From Tubiluchus corallicola (lineage: Eukaryota > Animalia > Priapulida), in the NCBI GenBank assembly GCA_030141605.1, contig JAQGDQ010000327.1:1-64000 (forward strand): a DNA stretch of 64,000 nt, read 5' to 3'. How positions within the stretch are numbered: the first letter of the stretch is position 1; each line of letters begins with the position of its first letter. The notes under the pieces were generated by a model, which was not told the origin of the DNA, ran no database searches, and was given only the letters and a program-made list of their open reading frames with translations. Position numbers and translations under genes: made by a program. This document shows positions 1 through 12,949 of the stretch, in pieces.

Positions 1-119
1 ATGGTAGGCTAAATTTGATTTCATGTAAAAAATAATAATAAAACATTAACACTGGTTTCACATAAAATAACAAAACATACTTAATTAGGGCCAACAGTAT
101 TTACATAAACAAGATCAAA

Positions 120-1520
120 AAATCTTTGAAAGTATTTGATTCTTTGCTAGAATTTGCTAAACTGTTCCAAAGATGTGAGGCGCCTGTATCTCAAACGTTC
201 TTTTCCAAAAGCTACTGTTCTGAAGCGTGGATTAAAACAAATTGTTTCTTGATCTTAGGACACGGTTACCAGGATCTTTTGTGAGTAGATTATGTAGGTA
301 AGGCGGTCCTTATTTATTGTCTGGTCTATATATTGTTTTAGCCATATATTCCAGCCTTGAGACATGCAATGTGGAGAGATAAGCACGATTATTAAATACA
401 AAACGAAGTGCCCTTTCTTGAATGTTTCCATAGAGCAGAAATGCCAGACCAGAAACAGAAAAACATTGATAATATGAAGGAGCAAAATATTTGCAGTTTC
501 GTTTTAGCGTCAAGATATGGGCTAAGCCGATGGAGAACATTTACTTGTCTTGCTGCATTCTTACAAATATTACAGATATGAGTATCAAAAGATAGTTTGA
601 TGTCTAGTGTTACTCCAAGAAGTTTAACTGCTTGTTCAGAAATCACTTCATTGTTTCTTATTGGAAAAACAGTGCTAAGAGCACATTTGCAAAGGTTAAG
701 CTTGTGCTTTAAACATATCTGGGTTTGCTTTGAGACCATTTTGTTCAAACCAAGCAATACCTTTCTCTGGTTGGTGTTGCAGAATATCTACTAGGCGCTT
801 AATGTCTATATATCAATAACCTAAGGTATTATTATCTGCACAACTGTTCATGCTACAAAGGTCTAAGTTTTGGAATAAGTCATTGATAAATATATTAAAT
901 AAAAACGGTTCCTTTTTTGACGAAATCATTTATTGACGAACTCTAACCCTTTGGTACCTAACTGTCAAATATTTTTTCATAAAATTCGCAGCTTCATTTG
1001 ATAACCCATAGGCTTGTAACTTGAAAATTGGTAAATCATGAGGCAAACTATCAAATGGCTTACTCAAATCTGTTAGTGTAGCTGCAATGAACTCTTTGTT
1101 GTCCAGTGCTAGGTTCCAATCTCCCACTAGCTTTAGCAAAACTTAATTGCAACCATATGAATTTCTGAATCCTGAAAGATAGCTAGACAACATGGGTGTT
1201 ATAAATATCTTGAACTGATTTAATGCATACAACTTCCTCGAGTATTTTCGACATAGCTGGTAATACACTGACTGGTCGGTAATTAACTTTGTTAGCGTCT
1301 TCATTTTTTCTCTTATAGTAATAATACGTTAGTGTAATGTTGTGTTGAGTTTTCAAAAACCGCACAACTGGTTCAAAATTTTGTTTTACTCTATCTCTTC
1401 ACTCAAAGTGGAGTGAACAGATTATTTTGTAACAGTGAGCCATTTTCTACATCTACACACTCTCAATACAAATGTGTTATTTTAACATCATTGATTATCT
1501 GCAAAATAGTTGTATAATGA
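120..1520 (-). mobile_element. Decayed CR1/L2-group LINE ORF2 (reverse transcriptase) fragment
   Basis: Minus-strand ORF pieces carry RT motifs in the expected order: NYRPVSVLPAMSKILE (1365-1183), DLSKPFDSLPH..KLQAYG (1139-930), a degenerate ADN box (~840), VKLLGVTLD..F..HI (757-392). Many frameshifts and stops; boundaries approximate. Confidence 0.85.
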
Positions 1521-1670
1521 ACTCCAGCAGTAGTTACAGCCTAGGGGATTGGTACGGCAGTTAGTCAATGATAATGGTAAACCATATATTTCACAGAACT
1601 AGGCAAATGCGCATCTTAGTTGGCCTTCGCGGAAGTAACTAGATAAAGTTGTTCAAAACTCCTATGTGTA

Positions 1671-1762
1671 TGATTGACACTTAACGGTCGTCATGGGCGG
1701 AGCTTAATGGCGTCACGATGATTGACAGTTAACGGTTACTGTCATGTAAGCAACCAATCAGT
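1671..1762 (+). promoter_or_regulatory. Promoter-like motif cluster upstream of the glycogenin-Gag frame
   Basis: Two copies of TGATTGACA(C/G)TTAACGGT..GTCATG flank a GGGCGG GC box and are followed by CCAATCA, ~150-250 bp upstream of the glycogenin frame. Function is inferred from motifs only. Confidence 0.35.
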
Positions 1763-1915
1763 ATTAAGCTAATTCACGTTGTTCTTCTCCAATAAACTAT
1801 ACGATTACGGTTAGATTTACGATTTCAACATTCAACATTTATATTCGTCTACAAAAACACTACGGCAACGATGCTACAAGACTGAACATCATCAACAACA
1901 CCGCGAAATAAACTT

Positions 1916-2670
1916 TTGTTCATCTTGTTATTACGTCTTGCTAGTACATCTCGCTACTTAATTGCCATCGTCACAAATAATATATCACAAAATCTGATGA
2001 AACATCTTCGTGATAAATTTCACTACGTTCAACCAATTGAAATAATTGACAGTAATGATCCAAACTGTCACAAACGACACAAAAACCTGCATTTGTTAGG
2101 AAGGCCTGCGCTTAATGTAACCTATACCAAATTACATTGTTGGCGCCTCACACATTTTAGCAAGTGTATTTTTCATGGATGCCGACACGCTGGTCCTACA
2201 AAACATTCACGAACTCTTCCAAAGAAAAGAGTTTCAGCAGCACCTGACGTCGGGCGGCCCGACTGTTTTAACAGCGGCGTGTTTCTGTTTCAGTCAAGTA
2301 TAGACACATTCAATCAACTTGTTTCGTTTGCCATGTCCACAGCTAGTACATTTGATGGAAGTTAAGGGACGCTAAACCAGTACTTTAGTAATTGGGCTAC
2401 AGACTATCAAAAACATTTGCCTTTCATTTACAATACTGTGATGCAAGGACAATATAGTCATTTAAACGCCATGAACCCTTTTGGCGAGAATATCAAAGTT
2501 GCTCATTTAATGGTGCATACAAGCCTTGGGATGATATCCATAATTTTCGACAGAGGTACGTGGCTCCACCTATGCGCGACGCAAGTTATGAATCAAGAAT
2601 GCTCAGCGAATAGTTTCATATTTACAATGCTGACGCTTTGCTTATGTTACAGGAGCAATGTATAAGCAAT
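1916..2670 (+). pseudogene. GYG1: Intronless, frameshifted glycogenin (GT8) pseudogene
   Basis: Motifs across frames: GRPALNVTYTKLHCWRLTHFSKCIF / MDADTLVLQNIHELF / SAAPDVGRPDCFNSGVFLFQSSIDTFNQL..FDGS*GTLNQYFSNWATD..KHLPFIYN / KVAH / KPWD..SE*FHIY. These match the glycogenin motifs TKLHCW, DAD, PDCFNSG, FDGGDQG, HLPFIYN and KPW. No introns; several frameshifts and stops. The symbol denotes family, not orthology. Confidence 0.9.
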
Positions 2671-2717
2671 GAACCGCGATATAATTTCATGATTTTAAAA
2701 ACTTGCCCAAGGATTAC

Positions 2718-3600
2718 TTAAATGCTTCAGCACCTGCATTTGTCTCCGTGTTTCCAAATAAAAGCATGACCCTTTGTTCAACGTCATGCATAGGCAAACA
2801 TAAACCACTGCTAGCATCGTCGGCTATAGACAAACCTGCACATGGATTGCAATAGATGAACCAACCTCAGGACATGACAGCATTCATGAATATCATGTGC
2901 GAGGGACAGCGGCAGCAAATGTACATGTATAACGCCATGCAGCTTCCTGCAGTTGAACTGGAAAAATTCGGTGGCAACGTGATGCATTTCTGGCGTTTTA
3001 TTAAGCGTTTCGAGGCCAGTGTAGAGAATAACACAGAATATGAGGCAGCAAAATACACAAAGTTACTACAACTCTGCACTGGAGGAGCTAAGGTTGTCTT
3101 GGAGAATTGCCATTATATGGATCCCATTTAGGTTTTAAACGTGCTAAGTATTTGTTAACAGAACGTTTTGGATCTCTCTACATGGTAACTCTGGCTTGGC
3201 AGGATAAAATAAACAATTTTAGTTGTATAAAATACAGGAGCTAGAAAAGTTGCAGGAGTTCTCAGGTGCACTTGTTGGATGTATTGAAACCTTAAAATGC
3301 ATGAACAGTTTGAGTGAAATCAATACTCAATCAGGTTTACTGCAAATTATTAGAAAGCTGCCACATAAGTTCCAAGACAAATGGAAGGATGTAGTCTGCC
3401 AGTTACTGAAGACGCAAAACAGGAGCCCATCCATATATGATGCAGTTCACTTTGTGAAGGAAGCAACAGAGAAGATTAATCATCCAGTGTATGGAGAATT
3501 GTATAACAATGGCCCAAAGAGAGTAAAGCAAAGCAAAAACTTTGCAAGCATTTCTAAAAATATAGCAGCTACTGTTCATCTACGCAAGTTACAACGATGA
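2718..3600 (+). pseudogene. BEL/Pao-type Gag (DUF1759-like capsid region), decayed, no zinc knuckles
   Basis: LNASAPAFV (2718), LPAVELEKFGGNVMHFWRFIKRFE..KYTKLLQLCTGGAK, GFKRAKYLLTERFG (3131-3172), LSEINTQSGLLQIIRKLP..QDKW and FVKEATEKINHPVYG are typical BEL/Pao Gag motifs. The frame ends at 3600 with no CCHC motif, protease or pol. Confidence 0.8.
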
Positions 3601-4370
3601 TAGAACGCAATCAAGAAGAGAGCATAATCCAGGCATTAGCAAATCTATCCAGGTTTGTAACAGCATAAAACTGAAAACGGTGAGTTGATAATCCTTTTTC
3701 CTGTGGAAACAGATCAATGATCCACTTCTTGCGAGTGCAGTGTAGCGCCATCTATCGAGACACGCTATCGGCAAAACAGGCCTTGAAACGAAAAAGCATT
3801 CCACTAGTTACTTCCGAGGCACTGAGACAACCTCTATGATGTGATACATTGAACAGTCTATAGAAGTTCCCTTGGGGCGTCGGTAGGGATTCAAACCATC
3901 TGTCTGCCAGGTTAAATAAAGTAGTTGCGATACTTGCGAAGGTTTCTCCATCGTGAAACTGTAGGTACTTCAGCCATCTGCTACTACAACAACTGTATTG
4001 TACTCCTAGCCATAAACCATTTCTTTGACGGTACTGCATAATAGACTCGTGTAGCAATCGAAGTTTCGAGCTTGGCTTTCCTGAGTGGACGAAATGGGCA
4101 TACTGACAAACTTACTGCAACAGGCTCGGCACATAAAGAGGAATAAAGACGAAGCAAATTTACAAACAAGGTACTGCTGTACAGCAACAACAGCAAAGTA
4201 GAGAAAAACGATTAAACTTTTAAACTACTTCAACGTTCTGGCTTTGACAAAAGCTACCGAAAACCGGTTCAACTCTGACCAGTGACGTACAGTTAAAAAG
4301 ACGAGCATCAAGTGTTCACAACTGCATAATCTTAGCTAACTGAGCACAACAGAGCCCCATGTTGAAAAGC

Positions 4371-4461
4371 GTGTTCTGGCATCTCTAGCCATTACGGAAT
4401 ACTAAACTACCATTTAAAAACAGTGTTCTGGCATCCTAGCCATTACGGAACACTAAACTAC
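4371..4461. repeat. Direct repeat pair (~40 bp, 52-bp period)
   Basis: GTGTTCTGGCATC(T)CTAGCCATTACGGAA(T/C)ACTAAACTAC at 4371 and 4423. Confidence 0.85.
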
Positions 4462-4732
4462 GGTGACTCGCTATACATGCAAAGTCATAAAATGGCTGTA
4501 CGTCGCCTATTCCTATATACAGGCTATTATCGCCTCATTGGGAACTCGATAAAAACATAGAACTGTTTAAGCTAAGGCCGATGCTGCGTGTCGCATAAAG
4601 GCCGTTCCAATTGCCTTCAACATAAAGGTAAAAACACGAAACTGTCTACAAAAACACAAAAAAACACGCCGAGTAGTACAGACAAGCTGTCTGCCTAAAG
4701 CAAAATGCAGCACTCATCAAACCCAATAATGT

Positions 4733-4975
4733 CGATCCATTCCAGGCGGCAATTTCGGATCCCACTTCTGACACCAGTGTAACGGATCCGAGTTCCTTTC
4801 CAGGCGCCAATTTAGGATCCCACTTCTGTGCACCAGTGTAACGGGTCCGACTTCCTTTCCAGGCGGCAATTTCGGATCCCACTTATGTCACCAGCGTAAC
4901 GGATCTGGGTTCCATTCCAGGCGGCAATTTCGGATCCCACTTATGTGCACCCGTGTAACGGATCCGGGGTCCTTT
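4733..4975. repeat. GC-rich ~60-bp minisatellite, ~4 copies
   Basis: TCCAGGCGGCAATTTCGGATCCCACTT..CACCAGTGTAACGGATCCG recurs near 4741, 4798, 4858 and 4916. Confidence 0.9.
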
Positions 4976-5099
4976 GCGCCGATCCGTCTCCTCAGAATGT
5001 ATAGAGCAGCATACAAGTTATGAAATACTTTACAACTGACGAGAACACTAAATAGAATACGAATGCAAAATAAACTTTAATGCACAACCCGTAGCTCCA

Positions 5100-7095
5100 T
5101 GACATGTGAACAGACTTTGGTATAAAAATCAGCAAACCTACAGCATTCACCTTTACAGACAGAAAGGCCAGCTTGGAATCGTCGAATTGCGGCATGCATT
5201 CTGTTTTATACAGGTACATTTGCATTACTGGGCTTCTCAACCATACCCATTACTAACATTAGGGGGTTGGTCAAAATCTGCCTTCGTAACAATATGTTTA
5301 AGATACATTTCGAAAACCTGTTAAACAGCGATACCGCATCCAACAACTTACTTGATGAATTAGAGAATTACCAAATGTACGTCCCCGTATTAGATGACCC
5401 GTTTACAACAGAAGAGGTACAAAAAGTGATTGCGACGCAAAACGCAAAAAAGAGCAGTGGTCCAGATGGTATACAAACGTCTCTCTTCCGTTATTTACAT
5501 GTAGAATGGACAAGTAAACCTTTTTGAACGCAGTTTTCTTGCAGTGTGATTTCGCTTCGTCGTGGTGTATATCCAAGTTTATTGTACTATTTAGAAAAGG
5601 ATGTGCAGCCTCGTGATAATTATAGAGGCATAAGCATTATACAAGCTTGTTGCAAAATATACGATTGCCTGATCAACGAACGTTTAAAGTTGTGGATAAA
5701 ACCGGAAGTGGGTAGCCAAGCTGAAAGAGATTCTATTAAGCAAATTTTGACCCTTTGATTACTGATTGACGCCACTCGTAAAAAGAAGAGGAAAATGTTC
5801 ATCATGTTTATAGATTTCGCAAAGGCGTTTGACCGAGCTGACAGCGGTAAGTTATTACGGGTATTGAAACAACACGGATGCGGTTATGTAATGTTACGTG
5901 CTATCGCACAAATGTATAACAAGACTGACAACAAGCATACTGAGCGATACAGAGCTTAGTTATTAGTTATAACTGTGGGGTAAAACAAGACTCACCAAGC
6001 TCAAGCCTGCTATTCTGTTTATATGTAGATCCGCTAATAACGGCTCTAAAAGCACTCAGTGAGGATAGCTGGCTTCGTAACCTCCAATGTCTGCTCATGA
6101 CGGATGACACGACCATTGTGGCATCAACGAAAAGAAAAGGCGTCGAAAAGATGTAGACGTTATTACAATTTTGCAAAAACTATGGCATGAGCATGAATAC
6201 AATCAAAACGAAATTTATGGTTGTAGGTGGCGATGAGCAAGACAGGGTACCGCTAACTGCTGACAATGTTGTGATAAAACACACTACCACATATATATAT
6301 ATCTTGGCGCTATGACAACGGAAGATGCAAAGATGAGCACAGTTATTGCAAAACATCTTGAGAATAAAAATCCCGACATATTAAAATTCCACGCATTTAT
6401 CACTAAGAACAATGACTATCCGTACTGGATAAAGAAAAAAGTTTTGGATAGAGCATTAATAGCAGGTGTCTTCTATAGTACCGAAACAAGGAATACTGAC
6501 TTGAAAAGCGTTATGCCTAACATCATATAAATATATATGGATCTCATCAAATCTCTACTGTCTGTTAAACGTACAACTGTTTAACCTAAACCTACGGGAC
6601 TTGAAAACCCCAAACGAAACCTACCGGACTTGAAAACCCCAAACATACCAGAGAATACTATAGGAAAATACCACATAACAGAGAAATCAAAGACTATGCA
6701 CATGCGGAGAGATACAAACAGAAAAACATGTATTAACGAACTGTAACTTAACTGAAATTAGAAGGAAATATCCTAGTGTGAACTTCTCTGCACTGTCTAA
6801 TATTATGGAGAGCAATCATGCATTTGAGATTTGTTCTCAAGTGCTACAAACTTTTCAAAACTAACAGTGGTTTTATTTAGTGTTTACTAATCGCTTAAAA
6901 TATCAAATTAAAATGTATAACCACTTTTTCAATGGTATAAAGTTGGTACAACTATTTTATTTTATATGCTAATATGATCCACCTGTGATAAATTCTTGAA
7001 AAGAATAATGAATGGACTGTAAATTTTATTATTTTTGCAACACCAGCGTTTGTATTAATCATTGTATTCATAGTCAATAAACTATACTACTACTG
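5100..7095 (+). mobile_element. Decayed non-LTR retrotransposon (RT region and 3' tail)
   Basis: PFTTEEV..KSSGPDGI, DNYRGISI..KIYD, FIDFAKAFD (~5805-5832), GVKQDSPSS.LLF, LLMTDDTTI (~6091-6117). Ends with AATAAA (~7076) followed by short TAC repeats. Confidence 0.85.
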
Positions 7096-7104
7096 CTAAG
7101 GGGA

Positions 7105-8975
<1,871 letters not shown>

Positions 8976-10429
8976 TCACATTCATAGAGAGAACTAATCG
9001 AAGTGTCTCTTATTTTAGCTATAGTGGGAGCAACATTCTACGCCCTCTCTCAGTTTTCAAATAGGGGATGCGATATCGCGCAGGAAAACTCGCTGGTCTG
9101 AATGCGCCGTTACAGTCTTTCTGTGTTTATATTTAACAGATATTCACCACAAATATTGTTTTTGGTTGCCCAGACTTTGTTGCAGACATTCCTAGTACGT
9201 AGATAAAATTACTCTATCATCCACGAACATCAGTAGCTACAGATAATTGTTGGTTAATGTGGGTGATTTGCATAAGTTATTATAGCATAAAATCTTGCCC
9301 CTAGGTCGCATTTTAGTAGTGTATAAAATAAGAAAGGTCTGCAAACATATAGGCCCTATACATGAGAAAAGCACGTGATGTCGCTAGTTGTCGGTATTCA
9401 GCTTTACAGTGTACTTCACACTATTCTGCTTGCCCTGTATCATTGTTCTCACGAAGGCATTGTCATTGGATTCATATCTTGGGCTTTAAGTCGTCTCTTT
9501 CGAGCTCTAAAATTTGGTTTGGTTTGTTTTTGTTCAAACTTTGAGAACGCAACGCCTACTAGCATCACCTATGGTGGGCCATGATGTCATCCACCTGGTC
9601 GTCACGCCTCAGAAGGCGTACCTATAGAGGATCGGACTTCAGAACAATATTTTACCAAGATTACTACTAACGGCAATCCTATAATTTGAGCGGTCTGAAG
9701 GGTTAATTACCGTTTTTGGTATGGGTTTAATCAAACAATCAGCCAAGCTTTCGAAAATCTCCCATGTGAATAGACTCAGTTAAAGTACAAAGTTAACATT
9801 AGGATTAGTAGAGTGTTTCCACTTTTAATCGTTTCATTTGTTATTCAATCTTTGTCAGAATTGCTTTTATTTAAGGCATCTCTTTTGGAGATTAGGTATT
9901 CCTCAGAAAAAATACTTTCAGTAGGTTTGGGGTGGTTACTATTCTGAAAAATTAAAAATTCGAAGTGAAAAACATGGGAGCAAAACACTTATGTTGCGTT
10001 TTACACGGAAAAATCCCCACATCCAGAATGGGCGAGGGCATCAAGCCGTCGTCAAGGCTATAGGCCGTATAGCGTATATTACAGCGAATGGAATAGTTGA
10101 ACGGAGCAGTGACCAGCGATAGAAACAGTCAATATCCGTCCTATTGCCATCAGCCATATGCCAGGTATTCCAGATGGGATGGCCACGAAACTGACGTGTC
10201 CATACAGTATGATAAGAACGATTACAATAGTTATTAATATAACGCTCATGATCGTACTTTAGCTTCGGTGTGAAATTATAAATTCCGCCAAAGTTTTTAA
10301 TAATGTTTCATTAAAATTTCATTAGAATCGCCATCATCTCGTTCTACGATGTTTTTGGATACCCTTAGTCGAAATTGGTACCGTTGCCGCGTGTAAAATT
10401 GGGTCGGGATTGCAACTTTGTAAGCATGT

Positions 10430-11630
10430 TGTTGTGAATCAAATTTAGAATGAGAAATTAATTGGAAATTAATTGGAAGAATTAAATTATAAGATTTCAG
10501 AGATAATATACTCCTCCTTGGTCTGATAACGAAGACCGTACAATTTAATTATAACTGACTCACTCAGCTTGTACCTTGAATTTAATGAGTTCAGGTGTCA
10601 GAGGTTGGTGAACGGGAAAGTAGAAGATTAAAAGACACACCGACTACTTAAAGAGTTAAGGTGACAATTAGCGTATATAAAAATGCGCCCTGCGCTGGCA
10701 ATTTGCAGATGGATAAGTCAGGATGTTACATTGTTAGTGTCAGTACAAGTCATTTAGTGCTAGTTAACTTAACCTATCAAGCAATATTTCAATGTCTAAG
10801 GTGATAGGGTTGCGACCTCTAGTAATTTAAATTACCTGGAGTGTCACGGATGTCATCTCGGTGGTGTCATACCGGGTGACCTCGGCGCAATACCTAGCTT
10901 AATGACTTTCGCTTCATAAGGAGAGTGAGAGTTCAGAGTTCACTCACACACGCGCACAGTGTCAGAGAGAGTGGTTGCGGAATTGCAGTGGTGTGTTGCC
11001 GTTTACTTCTACGAGACGATCTTTTTACAAGACGTATCTTTAGCTCAGCGTAGTAATAATACTGCGTCACTTGCTTCGACAAATCTCTGATGCTGAGAAG
11101 TCTCGTTCAGGAATCAGGATCTGGCCAATAACGATTGTTAGGTTGGCCAGTCCTCAAGTTAAGTAGTTTTACTTTATTCTCTGATGCTGTAACAGTTTAT
11201 GTGGATTGCAATAACAGAGTAACTTTAGCACCATAAGTGCAAACATTACAACTTGTGAAGTATTTTATGATTAGAATTATCTCTTTGGATTAGAGCGTTA
11301 ATTGTAAACGCCCATCAGCGCATAAGAAAAGCTTTGTACTTGTCTTAGAACTTTGATCTGCATTGTAAATTTAATTACAATAAACTATTCTTAAATTTAA
11401 CGTAAATATCGACTTAAGGCTCACAATCGTCAAGACACTAAATCCTTGATCGAACTTGATATATTCACACTGTAAGGTTCATTGCGGGAGCCAGCTTGAC
11501 AACTCGAGAGACAAAGATCTATACTCACAACGCAATATTTCGTGGTTTCAGTTGTGTGGGACATTATCATAGCCCTATCAACTTGACCTAAGCTCTCGGA
11601 GTCGGGCAATTGAACGAATGCCAAAATCAA
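10430..11630 (+). mobile_element. Solo-LTR-like segment
   Basis: Begins TGTTGTGA and has CCTAAGCTCTCG..TCGGG near its end; both features are shared with 30440-31450. Contains TATATAAAA and AATAAA and has no credible ORF. The right end is not defined. Confidence 0.4.
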
Positions 11631-12276
11631 TTGTCTTTAAGCAATCAGTGGTGTGAATGATTCATTCGATTAATTGAAAAAGACGATTAATTCGATTAAG
11701 AGAAACAAGCGACAATGTAGCAGGAAAGAGGGAAATTTTTGTACATTTCAGCGGGTTTTGCTTTAGTCGACGATTTAAAGAAACTGACAGTAGATATTTG
11801 TGACGGCGTAATATTTTTCTTTATCTAGTGAATGCTTATACTACTTTACCCATACTACCAATTGTGCAATTGTGTCATGTTTTGACCAACCCTTGCATAG
11901 CCTTCAATAGCTCGCCGTTCCACAGCACACAATTAGTAGTTTCTTAAAGTTGGTTATATCACTTGCAATTTTGAGTATATCAGGCTCTGTGTAAGATGAG
12001 GCGTTTCTAAAGCATTCACTCTATCCTGTTATAATGTTAATATTTCTACAGAATATTTCAAAAGCACGCCCGTCATATTACTCTGCGCATGCGAATTACC
12101 GAAGGAGGAGAAAAAGGAAGAATTGAAGAGGCACTGAAAAACTGTGGGGGAACCAAGATTCGACACCAAAACCACACACACGCACAAAATGGACGGTAGG
12201 TCTTCTCGGAAACCATAAAATAAAAATGACCTATGTTTAAACTACTGGGTGCTATTAAAAAACTTTTTGTACTAAC

Positions 12277-12428
12277 CTGATGGCAATATGCAACTGCAGA
12301 AACAATCTGTCTAAACAAATACTGAGCATGATGTTCTTCCAATTGTGGTCGTCGTCGAATGTATTCATACAAGTCACCCCGGCTAGCATACTCCATAACA
12401 ATAATGATCTTTGCTTTGTTCTCAAACA
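12277..12428 (-). CDS. NUAK: NUAK-family kinase exon (subdomains IV-VIa)
   Basis: Acceptor ttatttcAG and donor GTtagt; 152 nt, phase 1 to 0. Encodes (V)[50 protein letters not shown], close to NUAK1 [36 protein letters not shown]. Confidence 0.92.
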
Positions 12429-12949
12429 CTGAAATAATCCAAAACGAAAAGTGTTGAGAATCACATTGTGAGTATCCTTAAGGTCAGTTAATATGAAACA
12501 ACAACAGTATAACGTAACGTTTTTCCCTAGTTATTTATATGAGAAATATTATTATGATTTTGTACATCTTTATGCTGCATATAAATAATTGTTATAATTT
12601 AAGCCACAATCTAAGCTGTATACAGATGGGGTTCGATCAGTCATAAATATTACTCCTATTTTATGCACTTTAGTTTTAGATACAGCATTTTTGCATATTT
12701 TGTTTACGTTTTATCTAAAAATATTCATTAAAAACAAATTAGAAAACGATAAAAACACGAATGTGGGGAGAGACGTAAAGAAACAAACTACTTACATGCA
12801 CCTATCATTACATAAGTCAGATTTTGTGAACAATGTCTAAGAAAAATTCAACGACAAATTCCTTCGATTTAATAATCCAGTTTTAACTGGGCCAAACTGC
12901 TTTTTGGAATTTAAAACGTTTTAATCTAGTTAAAGATCAGTTTATAACT

